Shown here in pieces: positions 13,100 through 24,823 of a stretch of 64,000 nucleotides of DNA. The notes beneath the pieces were generated by a model that was not told where the DNA came from, did not search any database, and worked only from the letters and a program-made list of their open reading frames with translations. A program made the position numbers and the translations under genes. Position 1 is the stretch's first letter. Every line of letters begins with the position of its first letter. The DNA is from Paraspadella gotoi. Taxonomy: Eukaryota; Animalia; Chaetognatha. The DNA lies in contig CM119265.1 in NCBI GenBank assembly GCA_051294375.1, positions 5,138,355 through 5,202,354 of the forward strand, given 5' to 3'.

Positions 13100-14700
13100 C
13101 GATTCCATTTTTTAATGGAATGACGAAAGAGTTGGGGAAGAAAATTCATCACTCTCTCGTCGGAAACCAAGACACCACCTGCAGAAAAATTCTCTCGATC
13201 TGACAGAAAAGTTGCAAAACAAAAATCAAAGTGGCCCCGATACTGCATCTCTCTGGTCTCGTGCGATTTACAGAGCATGTTTTCACTTCATCCCTCCAGG
13301 GACTGGCGTTAAGCATCCGCAGAACGCCGTGAAGGGACGACCGGCTATTGCACGAGCCGTACGCAATCCAATTGGATGTATCATGGCCACCTCGTTGCCT
13401 CGACTGGAACTGGCGTACTTCAGGTTTGATGGACAGATTATGGCCCAGCCATGGTGGCTTAGGGAGGCAAATCAACCTCAGTCCTCTGGCAGATTATTTA
13501 TATTGGAGACTATGAGGTGGAAGCTTTGCTTCTTTTCGATCTCTGCATGGGGACAAGAGTCAGTTCTCTTCTGGTATCAGGAAAGCAGAACGATACCATC
13601 CTGGCCGTGAGGAAGGGAATGCTCGTTGATACCTATTGGTCTCCACCTGAACAGCAATTGAAGCAAAGCATCAAGTGGACTTTGCGAAAAGAGGTGAAAT
13701 GGAAAAATTCCATGCTCGATGTGCCCATACAGCGCAAGAGAGGGCGGCTCATTGGATATTTTTACAGTCATGATCCATACTACCGCAAACCGAGGGCCAT
13801 ACCGATCAATTACATTCCTTTGGCACTTCGCATGGCTCCCTGTCGCACAAGCTCGCCACGGTCAAGTCCCTTACCAAAGAAGAGCCTGCTTCTGATTCCG
13901 TTCGACCCGAAGCTCCAGGCCGCCGAGCTTTGAGACATGTTCAAAAGAGCCTTGGCGGCTCATGGTTCCCTCTGTGGGCTATGAGAAGGCAAGGTTACCG
14001 GCTGAACGCAGGCTGAGGGCAGTGGCCACCCAGGGGCTGCCAATGTACCGCGACGCAAGTATCACCTCCGCCCCCCAGGAGGAAGAGCGAGGCCTTGCCT
14101 GCTGAAAGGACGCGACCGCGCCCACCACAGCGCAAGTGGCGAGATAAGCAGAAGCGTCTCAAAGACGCGTGCCATGTCCTCCCTCGCCCTATCGCACCAA
14201 GGGGATCACTAGAGCCATTGGTGCGGGTGCTAGTCAAAGCAGGGAATCTCCACCTCAGTGACGGCGCCGCGCGGCTCCTTTACGTGAAGCATTTGGTGAA
14301 ACAAAAGACAAAATTCCCAGACTAGAAACACTTCAGGAGCCGTCTATTGGGCGGGCTGTGCAGGGAAGGAGTAACCAACGCCTCTGCTCGCTTCTCCTGC
14401 ACAGCAGCATACGTGGGCGAGACAGGAAAGTCTCTGGCAGATCGTTCATAACAGCCAACAAAGCCATATCGGGACCAAACGTGGGTCACTTTCCGTATCG
14501 ACTATTGGCCGAGCACACGGCAACCTCTGGCAACCCCCCTGTTCAGAGAAATTGACTGTCTCGTGCTGTCCCATGACCAAAATGGTTCACTAGAGGTTAT
14601 TAGAGAGGCGATTTACATCAAGCCCTCGAGCCTCTCTGAATCGTGATGGGAGGACGATTCGACCTCCGCTCCAAGCTATGATTCCGTTAATCAGAATGGA
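13100..14700 (+). pseudogene. Frameshifted PLE polyprotein: reverse transcriptase + GIY-YIG endonuclease
   Basis: Stitching frames gives motifs in the expected order: NSLDLTEKL, LVSCDLQSMF, YFRFDGQI, SPLADY, FWY-x-x-DTILAV (YxDD region, degenerate), IKWT..E..MLDV, YRKP, LPY..G...LVKAG, then GAVYWAGC, YVGETGKSLADR, LAEH, IREAIYIK, LNRDG. Confidence 0.9.
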
Positions 14701-15449
14701 GGTGGAACGCCACCAGTGCCCACCCAACCACACGGTGATTCCCCTGTCCCACTCAACGGGTCAGGCGAGGCCTCCCGCAGGCAATGGACGCACGATACCA
14801 TCCCGAGCCTAACAGCAACTCGGTGTGGACTCTTTCAACACTGGCCGTCGCCAAAACGACGGCTGCAGGAAGGAGGAAGAGGAGTCTGTATCTCCTGCAC
14901 CAAAGCAGACCAGAACAGGCATCTACCCGCCTCGTGTCAGGCGAGAGGAGGGCTTTTCGGCAGGCTTACCAAGGACAGAGAGATATTAGAGTGGCATTGG
15001 GGCATCTTTCCAGGCGCTCGCTACAGATCCTGGACAATCACGTTCCATAAGCATATCTCTAACCTATGACAAGTCAATGACCGATCAGATCGTCACGTCT
15101 GCTTTTTGCCAGGCGGGGGGGGGCCAGCTCCATTTTGAGCTCTTTTCTCTGCTCTTATTTTTCTCTCCTCTGTAACTTAGCCTATCCCTAACCCACATAA
15201 TTCTTCCTTTCACTATATTTCAATCTTAATAGTTAAATATGTTGTTTAATCCTTAATTTTGTTATTTAAATCCTTAAATCTGTTATTATTTATTTATTTG
15301 TTAATACATTACAAAATGTAACTAAATTTTCTCTCCTCTGTCTCTCTCAATATTTCACCATTCCATTTTTCAACCACTTTCCTCTTCTTCTCTCCCCTTA
15401 CCTTCACTGTGCCCTCAATTCTGACCACTGTCCTTTTCACTCTGTGATT

Positions 15450-15496
<47 letters not shown>

Positions 15497-15535
15497 TTTT
15501 TTTTTTTTTTTTTTTGGAAGCTTTATATTTTTCTT

Positions 15536-15601
<66 letters not shown>

Positions 15602-15627
15602 ACTCAATGTTAGAGAGAAACCTGTTA

Positions 15628-15675
15628 ATAGACGTGATGAGGCTTAAAGGCAAGAGCCGAAACATGTCCATTGTG
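15628..15675 (+). ncRNA. Hammerhead ribozyme motif in the 3' pLTR
   Basis: (g)TGATGA-GGCT-taaaggcaag-AGCC-GAAA-CATG-TC, followed by AATAAA. The first core C is missing, which may be a read error. Confidence 0.65.
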
Positions 15676-16904
15676 AATAAAAATCGTTGTTTACAAACAA
15701 ACAAACTTTGTTTTCTCTAAATAATTAAAATATAAACAACGAAAAAAAGAAACAGGAAATAATATAAGGATAGTACTATATATAAATTAATATGCCTACT
15801 GCGAAATTACACATAAAATTAATTTTTTTTAGCATATTAATATTCCCACTGATGGTATGTTGTTCATTTGCATTTAGAAATTTTCGTATGTAACTTTCAC
15901 TACGCCTTAGTGCCGCACTCCCTGGGGCTTCGGTGGGGGGTAAAGAGGCCGGATTTGAAACTCGATGATAACAGCGCGCGTCCTCAAAAATTCCTCGAGA
16001 TCCGGGGTCAAAGGTCATGAAGGGGTCGCAACGTCCGAAGTCTGAGAGGAGGCGTTTCAGAGGGAGGACGAAGGGTGGTTGGGCCGGCGATTGACGGGTG
16101 ATTGAGGCAGGAAATGGGCGCAGAGCAATTTCACGACTTCAAATCGTCTCTTTTGCACGAACGCGGGTCGAGGGAAATCACGAGTGACGTGGAGGGGTGG
16201 TCTTAATCTGGGTAGGGGAGTGAGCGGGCGACATTGGTGGGTTTATCGGTGGTGACGCGAACAATTTACCGCTGGAGAATGGTGAGTTCCTTTGTTTCGG
16301 AGTTGAGGAATTTTAGTGCAAAGAAAAAAGGTAAAAAAAAAAAACGCAAATAAAAAAAGGGTGAAAAATAAAAGGGAAAAAAATCAAAGGAAAGCGGCAC
16401 CAGGAATAAAACGATTGTCCTGCGCGGTCCCTCGTTGGTTTTGGACGTGGGCGACGAAGAAAATAGGTTAAGGGTCGCTAATTCGAGGTCCGATTGGTGA
16501 AGAAAGAGTAAGAGAGAGTAAGTGAGAGAGTGAGAAGTAGAGAGAGAGAAGAGAGAAGAGAGAGGACGAGAAGAGGGCGTGATCTGTGTAAAAGAGGAAG
16601 GTCACGATGTCTTGCCTGTTGTGAATATATCTGCACTTAAAAACAAGCATAAAGAAAATTGCTTCAGGTTCGTTGTTTGAAATTTCTTCTTCGGTTTAAA
16701 AGGGGAAAATAAATCACGAGAAACAATGTCGACGTGAATTTTATAGACGAAATGCAAATTCTCTTTTTTCCTGTTTGAATACAAAAATTCAAATTTTTTT
16801 TTCTTCTTTAGTTTCTACCGCTCCAAATTCGTGAGAAGCACATGTGAACGAAAACAAACTGAAAAAAGTGAAATTCAACGTAAGGCGTCGTGAAAAAACT
16901 CTCT

Positions 16905-16964
<60 letters not shown>

Positions 16965-18575
16965 CTTTCCAAAACTTCAATCTTTCCTCTCTCCTCTCTA
17001 TCGCTCTCTCCCGTCGTTCTCGCTCTTTTCTTCTGGGCGAATAAACTCGGAACGAGGTTTCCGTTCGAAAGGCGAAAAAACGAAATTTCAAATTCGGGTC
17101 ACGTTTCTCTTCCCGAGCACCCGAAATTTTCCGGCCCACCGCCGACGCCGGCATCCCCTCTTCCCGGGGGGAGGGTGGGGAGGGGGTTTGGGTGGTTTAT
17201 TTTTGGCTGAAAGTGGTTTCCGGGAAGGTGGGTTCGGAAGTTGGGAGAGTCAGAGGGAGGGAGAAGAAAGGAAAAAGTTTCCTTCCGTCGCATAAAGTCG
17301 GAAGAAAATGGCGACGGCGAAGCGTGAAGCGTCTTTTCGGGCGTGAGACGGCGGCGATGGCGCGGCTCCGCAGGGTTGGCGGGGATAGCGAAGCGCTGTT
17401 GGTTGGCAGGATGACGGGCGCTGCAGGTTGGAAGGGTGAGCAAGAGTTGGCGGGACGGCCGGGACCGCTGCAGTGCTTGTTGGAATTGTCGAAAACAATC
17501 GTTTAAAGTTAGTGAGATGGTGCCGCAATCAAGACGTCAGAATTCGCGGAGGTTGCTGATTGCTTCTAGTCATCATGTGTGCAAGGGCGATGGGTATAGT
17601 CAAATTAAAAACTTCAATGCTGTCATGATTCAAAGAGCCGGAAGTCAATATATTGTCTCAGGAAGACAAAACCGCAACGTCGTCGTTGTCGTCGTCGTCG
17701 TCGTCGAGGCGCCGAGTGGAACTTTTTTATTTCTCTAAAACGAATCAGAAATTGGAATTTTTCCAGGACGAAAAATTAATGAACTAAACGTCGGTTCGCT
17801 GGGGAGTCGAGGGGCGGGGGATTGGGAAGGGGGGAGCGAGGGGGGGCGNNNNNNNNNNNNNNNNNNNNNNNNNGGCGAACCTTTGTTTCGCTTCGGTGCC
17901 GAGGAAAGAGAGCAAGGAGGGAGAATGAAACAGCAGGGGAAACTTCATTAGGGGGAATCGGGACTGATGAGAGGGGGAATGAGTAATTTAGTAAGGAACG
18001 GCATAGATTTTTATGTTAATAATAAAATAATGGACCGAAAAGCTAATTATTTTTCCGAAGTATTTAAGTAGTGAGTGAAAAAAATGTTTGTTCGTTTGAT
18101 ATGAAAAATTTCACCAGTCTGTCTTTAATTTCCTTATTTTAAAGATGAATAAAATTTATACTTCAGTAGGTGGCCTCGGAGGAAGATGGAATACGATCTG
18201 GTGACGTTTAAATGGCAACTGGCAAATGGAAATAATGGTCAGAAGTGGCCTCGACTTTGTCGGTCAGCTGCGAGACAAAGGGGACTTTGGGTCAAAGGTC
18301 GCGAAGATGGCGCTTGTGTCTTTGAGAGTAAGAGTACATAGGCCGGTTTTCAAACGAAAAATCACAATTTTTACTCCGTGAGTTCGTCAGGGTATTTTAA
18401 GATTTTTTTAACTTATTTTCTCTAAAATTAGATGTCGAGATTGTTTTTAAAGTATTTTGAAATTGGTACAACCAATATAAAAATTATCCATCGTTGTTAA
18501 ATCTAATTCAAACTTTTCTCAGTTATGTTATATAAGCATGAATAATTAATTGAATAAGCACTAAATAAACACACA

Positions 18576-18610
<35 letters not shown>

Positions 18611-18823
18611 TCTCTCTCTCTCTTCTTAATTAAAACAACGTGTGGAATGTTTTTCTTTAACTTTCTCAGCCAATATTTCGACGCCATCTTGGTTTTTCTT
18701 CTCTCGTGTTTGAAGAACGCCGACAGCGAAAAAGACGACGACGATGATAAAGACGACGAAAACTCATTTATGGGTGTAAGAGCAAGAGTAAGGAAGACCT
18801 GAGAAAGGGAAGGTAATGTGTGA

Positions 18824-18890
<67 letters not shown>

Positions 18891-20692
18891 TGAATTTTTC
18901 GCGCCGGTGATTCGCTATCGGATTCGAAGGGAACAGACAGACGGACGACTGGGAATAAAAAAACAGATCCTCACTGGATCCAAGAGGAGGCGACTGGAGG
19001 CGTGGGGAATAGGGCGAGTGATTTAACCTGTGGAGGGGGGGTGGGAGAGTTCTGTGGAATAACGGATCGGATGGAATCTCATCGTGAGAGCGTGACCTTG
19101 CAAGACAAAAAAGCTAAAAAATGGTTTAAAGTCATCCTTTTCGTGAATATTTCATTATCGTTTTCGTCATTATAAATGACAAGTCCATCCTAAATGTTCG
19201 AAAGCAAAATACGCAATGTATGCCAAACCAAATCAGTTAGCGCCTTTCTTGATTTTCCTTGTTAGAATCAAACGGGCCCATGCAATGATTATTTGCGACA
19301 TAATCCGTTGCAACTTTGCTTGTCTGCAAAATCGTAAAACCTCGCGCCTCCTTCTCGAATGACGCCCACTTCTCGATCCGGAAGCGGTTTAGGGCGTGCC
19401 GTCGGGCCGCGAAATGGCGCTCGAATCGATCGACAAACGGAGTAGAAAACGACGCGAGCGCCAACGCAGAAAAGCGGCGCTAGTTGCGCGGAAAAATGGC
19501 GTAATTAACGAGGGGGATGAGTGGAAGAGAGAGAGAGAAAAAAAGCTGTATGAAATGGTAGATCGGTGAAATACATCACGATTAAGCGGGTGAATAAAAT
19601 TGCAACGGGGATAGGATTGCCAATTTTGTTGTTAGGGTAGGGGGTCGNNNNNNNNNNNNNNNNNNNNNNNNNNNNNNNNNNNNNNNNNNNNNNNNNNNNN
19701 NNNNNNNNNNNNNNNNNNNNNNNNNNNNNNNNNNNNNNNNNNNNNNNNNNNNNNNNNNNNNNNNNNNNNNNNNNNNNNNNNNNNNNNNNNNNNNNNNNNN
19801 NNNNNNNNNNNNNNNNNNNNNNNNNNNNNNNNNNNNNNNNNNNNNNNNNNNNNNNGAGAGAGAGAGAGAGAGAGAGTACAAGGCCCCCTAAAGGAGAAGA
19901 GAGAAAGATTAATTCATCAACACAGTTTCTCAGTTGTTAAGAAACTAGCCAACTTTTCTTTCGGTGTTCACCCGTTCCTTGACATTTAATCGCCCGCACA
20001 TCTTTTTTCGAACAACGCCCCTAAAGACCAGGCGTGCGAAAGGAAACCGGAGCCACGATGTCGCGTCGTGCAACTGCACGTCGCGCAATTAGCGCGACTC
20101 TGTCGTCGAAACGAATTAAACATCAAAAGAGGAAAAACTATGTGGAGGAGGAGGGGGAGTAGGAGGAGGAGGAGGCTATTAGAGTCAGAGCCCTTATTCG
20201 ACTATGATTCGACTACCTCAAATGGTAGGAGGAGGAGGAGGAGGAGAAATAGGAGACGAACGAAGTCTAGTTAACCTCGTTTTAATTAAGCGCGATCGAA
20301 TCTCTGCCGCTTTGCTTCGTAGATGGCGTTAAACGCGTCGGAGGTGACGCTGATGAGAAATGTTGAATTAAGCAGAAAATATTAAGTCAAGAGGAACTGG
20401 ATGGAAAGATGAGATGTTTTTATGAATAAGTTAAGAGGAGATGGTTTGGGTCACGTCAATTTCTTTTCGCAGGAGCTGAGCAAGAGGAAGAAAGACTATC
20501 TAGGGATCGATGATTGGAGAAAAGGAAAAGGAAAAGGGCTAGGGGAAAAAAAGGGAAAATGAATGGAAGCGCTAAGAGACAGGTGGCGTCAGGGAAAGCA
20601 TCTCCAGCAGAGAAAGGAAAATAATTAACGCCTCGAAGAAGGTAAAAAGAATAAAAGGAAATAAAAGAAAAGAGAACAGAGAGAAGTGGGAA

Positions 20693-20742
<50 letters not shown>

Positions 20743-20931
20743 AGAACAAACCTCTTTTCCCGTCGCGGAGGAAAAAATAATTAAAGCGAAGGAGCGAGCT
20801 GAGAAGAAATAAGAAAAGGAGGCAGAGGCAAAAGGAAAGAGAGAGGAAGAATAATGGAGAGAAAATGAAAAAGAAAAACCGAAAAGAGGCGAAAGCGAGA
20901 AAAAGAAATGAGGATCATTCGGGCGAGAAAA

Positions 20932-21030
20932 TGGGCGACGAAGGGCGAACGACGAAGACGAAGGGCGAACGACGAAGAAGAAGGACGATGGGCGAACGAG
21001 GACCGGCGAACGACGAAGAGCGAACGAGGA
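20932..21030. repeat. Degenerate minisatellite of GGGCGAACGACGAAGA-like units
   Basis: About five imperfect copies are visible. Confidence 0.6.
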
Positions 21031-21970
21031 AAGGAAAAGAAAGAAAAAGGGAAGGAACATAGGAAAAAGCCTAGGAAATATACAAACATGACAAAGTGGG
21101 CAGTTTCGAGGAGAAAAAAAAAAACTAGTGACTACGCAAAACTGTGGCCGCCACGTGAGATCCCGGAGCCGTCGTTTGCGTCAGACTCGTTTCCGAGCGG
21201 GAAGACGGAGAAGCAAAAGGTGAGGTAGGTGACCTGACGAAGGTAAGGCAAAAACAAAAGATGCAAAGGGAAGAATTGGGGAATAGTTGGAGGCAGGTGA
21301 GCTCAATCTTTTTTTTTTTTGTTATTAAATGTCATGACTGTGTTTATGAGAAATAAAAAGAGACGATTCTTGAAAAAAAGGTAAGAAAAAACCTAGCAAA
21401 CGGACGGTTAAAGTAGAATAATAAAGAAGAAAAAAAAAGGAGAAAAAAGGAGAAAAAAGGGAATTAAGGAAGAAAGAAAGTTCACTCGTCGTTGAGCAGA
21501 AAAGGATTAAAAAGAGCAAATTGAAGAGAGACGCGGCGAGAAAAGAAAAGGAGAAAAAAGAAATGAAATAAAAGTGTCGGCTTTTTAAATTGAATTTTAT
21601 TCGAATAATTTGGTAAGAAAGAAAAAAAAATGAATGAAAGGGGGACTGGGAAGGGGCGAGAGCGGTAGAATAGTTGGTTTGCACAAAGATGCTGTCAAAC
21701 GCGTATAATGATTGCACGCAAGTGTGCACGCACCGTCGCACCTTGGTTGGTATTGCGTTCGTTCTCCGAAAGATTATCCCGTAGAAAAACCCTCGGGGAG
21801 AAGTTGATTTTTAATTTGACGAGAAAACAAAAGACGTTTTGATGCGCCATCTTTAATTCATCGACGATCTAAGTCTTTATCACGAGAAAAAAAAAACAAA
21901 ATGACATGAAAGAAAAAAAAAACGCGAGCGATCATGAAGAAATCCCTGAGGAAAGAAAAGTATTTTGAAA

Positions 21971-22030
<60 letters not shown>

Positions 22031-22786
22031 TGAGAGAGAGAGAGAGAGGAAGGGGTGAAATCATTCGACGCTAAGGACAGTGTTGAGTTCGTTATGAGCT
22101 GAAATAATGGGTTCGGAAACAAAGTGAAAAAAAAAAATGGGAGGAAATAAGAAGAGAAAGGTGCAACCATAGGAGTGGGATGGGGCAGATGGGCTAAGAT
22201 CATTGGCGATATGAAATGAGATGGAGGAAAGAAAGTTGAGAAAAGAAACAGAGGACATCACCACCAGCTTTGAGAGCCAACCGTATCCTCATTATCCAAG
22301 GCCATGAATATTCTCTTTCACTCTCTCTCTCTCCCCTTTATTTCACCATCACCCATGTTTCAGTCTCCCCTTCATTTTTCCCCCCAAGGGAGAAAAGATT
22401 GTTGACTAACAATCCTAATCTCTTTTCCTCCTCCTCCTCTTCCTCATCATCCTCCTGTTGCGTCTCACCTCCCACCTCTTCCTCCACCATCGATTCCCTA
22501 CCCCCTTCCTCTCCCTTCCCCTAACCCCCTTGCCCTCCTCTTTTGACGCAACAGGCGAAATTTATGGCGCTTTTTTTTCCTCCGCCCGTTCGCCCTCGGT
22601 TGCGCCGGCGAAGGACGATGGAGGTGGCGCGGGAAAGGACGCCGCTGGCGCGAGAAGAACGGCGTCAATGGCGCGAGAGAGGATCCCAAAGGCGGCGCGC
22701 CTTGACGACGCCGGGACGACGCCGGTGACGCCGAATTAAAAAAACACGAGAAAACGAGGGAGAAATTAACGGAATAATTCTCTCTC

Positions 22787-22831
<45 letters not shown>

Positions 22832-23741
22832 TCCGTCGACGGCAAGGGACTTTTTGATAATGTTTTCTTGATTCAAATTACGCGCTCTAATTTTTTTTTT
22901 AAATTAGCTTTTTGTATAGCGGTGGGTAATGCATACAAGGATACGATATATGGCTCTTAACTTTCTCTGTTTCTCGACGGAGATTCACGAAGACGATAAT
23001 GATAATGATAATGATAATAATGATAATAATAATAATAATAATAATAAGCCTGAATTAACTGAGCAAAGTGTTTCTGAAATTGCCTAGGTAAAGAAATGAT
23101 TTTTCTTAATAAAATATAGGCAATTTATGAATCAAAATATTTTGCTTATATTTATTTTTAAAGATAAATAAAACAATATATTTTCTTTTATTGTTTTAAT
23201 TTCGTTATCAACTATATTTTCAATTTGTTATTACTATATTTTAAGCCCAAAAATACTTTTCCTAGATGGTATGAAATATGATTATCAATAGTAGCATGGC
23301 ATTAAGTCTGTAATCTACTTGGCTACTACCAGAACCAGAACCAATAAAATTATTAAGGAAGATTAATTAATTGATATTAATTAATTATTCATTAATTAAC
23401 AGATAGTAAAGAAATTAGTAATAACATGAGGATGCATACATTTAAAGAGATTTGCAATGTACGTAATTCAGTTGTATCCTGATATGATTGACAAGATTAA
23501 AACCCTCGATCAAAGATGATGTAACAATGTACCCAAGACTCAAGTCGCCCATAAAATATTTTGTATCTTATTAAAAATGGCAAAGCTAACTAGAATTCTA
23601 TGCAAAATATGGATATGGATTACTCAATACCTCCCAAGCTGATTATATTAAAAAATTCGAGCTCAATATAGAAAGTAAATATCCTATGGATATAATTTTT
23701 CAAATATTGTGTTGTTTCTTACTTTCGTTTTGTGTTTTAAA

Positions 23742-24230
23742 GATTTTGGAGAGAAAAAGAATTTCTTTAACAACAACGACTTTTATTTATGATTAAACAT
23801 ACATGTTTCGACTTAATTTGGCAAATCTTCATCAGTGCTTATTTAATTTTGATAATACATAATTTTTTGTTTCACAAGTAAACAGTGAGAAGGATGGAGG
23901 GAAAGAGAAGAGAGAGAGAGAAATAAATGTTTCTAACAAGAAATAAAAAAAGGACAGTGGTCAGTTTTGAGGATAGGGTAAGTTTGAGCAGAGAGAGAGA
24001 AGGTGGTGAAAAGAAATTAGAATTTGGCGAGAGAGAGAGAGAGAAAGATGCAGAGGTCAACAATTAGATCAATACATTATACATCTTATACTATCTTATA
24101 CATTATTCATCTTTCTTTCTCTCTGCCAAATTTCAATTTCTTTTCCTCACCACCTTCTTTCTCTCTGCTCAAACTTACCCTATCCTCAAAGCTGACCACT
24201 GTCATTTTTTAATTCTTTGTTGGAAACATT

Positions 24231-24270
<40 letters not shown>

Positions 24271-24420
24271 CATCCCTTTCACTGTTTACTTGTGAAACAA
24301 ATAATTATGTACTATCAAAACTAAATTAGCAGCTGATAAAGACTTGCAAATTAAATCAAAAACATGTATGTTTAATCATAATAAAAAACATTGTTGTTAA
24401 ATTTTTTTTCTTAAAAATCC
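23742..24420. mobile_element. ORF-less fold-back of two Penelope-type pLTR fragments (arms ~310 bp, spacer ~57 bp)
   Basis: 23742-24050 is a diverged reverse complement of 24108-24420. It shares GACAGTGGTCAG..TTGAGGA, a GA tract, a hammerhead motif and AATAAA with the pLTRs of the PLE at 12209-15762. Confidence 0.8.
23794..23842 (-). ncRNA. Intact minimal type-I hammerhead ribozyme motif
   Basis: Minus strand AAGCA-CTGATGA-A-GATTT-gccaaatt-AAGTC-GAAA-CATG-TA-TGTTT: stem I AAGCA/TGTTT, stem II, CATG loop and a GUA triplet. The opposite-arm copy (24328-24375) has core changes CTGATAA and AAAA. Confidence 0.8.
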
Positions 24421-24630
24421 AAAAAGTTTTCCTTCTATTTTTTCATCATTAACAAAGATTTTAACTCAAAATAAAAAATTGAATTTCAATGTTGAGCAAA
24501 TTAAAGTTTTATATTTGATAAAGATTTTGTTTAAAATTAATACCGAAAAATATCCTATTTTGTAATTTTTTTAATTTTAAATTTAATTTAAATATTAATT
24601 TATGGNNNNNNNNNNNNNNNNNNNNNNNNN

Positions 24631-24726
24631 AAGCGAGGCCTCAACTTTACTGACTAAACTTACCCTAAATCCGCTTCGGTCCGAAAAACTAATCTTCCCA
24701 GGGAGGCATGAGCTGGAGGAAGAGAG

Positions 24727-24823
<97 letters not shown>

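Larger units (their letters stand above)
12209..15762 (+). mobile_element. Penelope-like retroelement (PLE), 5'-truncated, with inverted pLTRs
   Basis: RT and GIY-YIG remnants inside. 12209-~13100 is the reverse complement of ~14758-15720, followed by a ~42-nt unpaired 3' tail. Flanked by the direct repeat TATAAGGATAGTACT at 12194-12208 and 15763-15777. Confidence 0.92.
11736..15912. mobile_element. Non-autonomous palindromic DNA transposon (MITE, ~620 bp without cargo) with CACTA...TAGTG ends, possibly CMC/EnSpm-like; interrupted by a Penelope element
   Basis: Left end CACTAAGCGTAGT, right end ACTACGCCTTAGTG, with CC on both flanks (2-bp TSD). The empty site GGGTGCC|CACTCCCT is at 5926-5940. 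Segments 11736-12208 and 15778-15912 together form ~300-bp imperfect inverted arms. Confidence 0.8.
7790..17676. repeat. Copy 2 of the ~5.9-kb tandem duplication, carrying the MITE+Penelope insertion
   Basis: Starts GAAATTCGAGCATGTTGG (=1875) and ends GAAGACAAAACCGCA (=7789). Confidence 0.95.
23048..24604 (+). mobile_element. Partial direct copy of the TIR element at 28304-30074 (lacks the first ~24 bp; ends at an N gap)
   Basis: Near-identical to 28328-~29878. Confidence 0.9.

Noticed and set aside
18170-18341. ~57-codon frame WPRRKMEYDLVTFKW...
   Set aside because: No recognisable motif and weak splice context.
18360-18395. Hammerhead-like CTGACGA-ACTC-acg-GAGT on the minus strand
   Set aside because: The GAAA box is absent (AAAA), and there is no stem III or cleavage triplet.
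23430-23700. Possible degenerate transposase reading frame inside the TIR element
   Set aside because: Stop codons interrupt the frames examined and no DDE or other motif was recognised.
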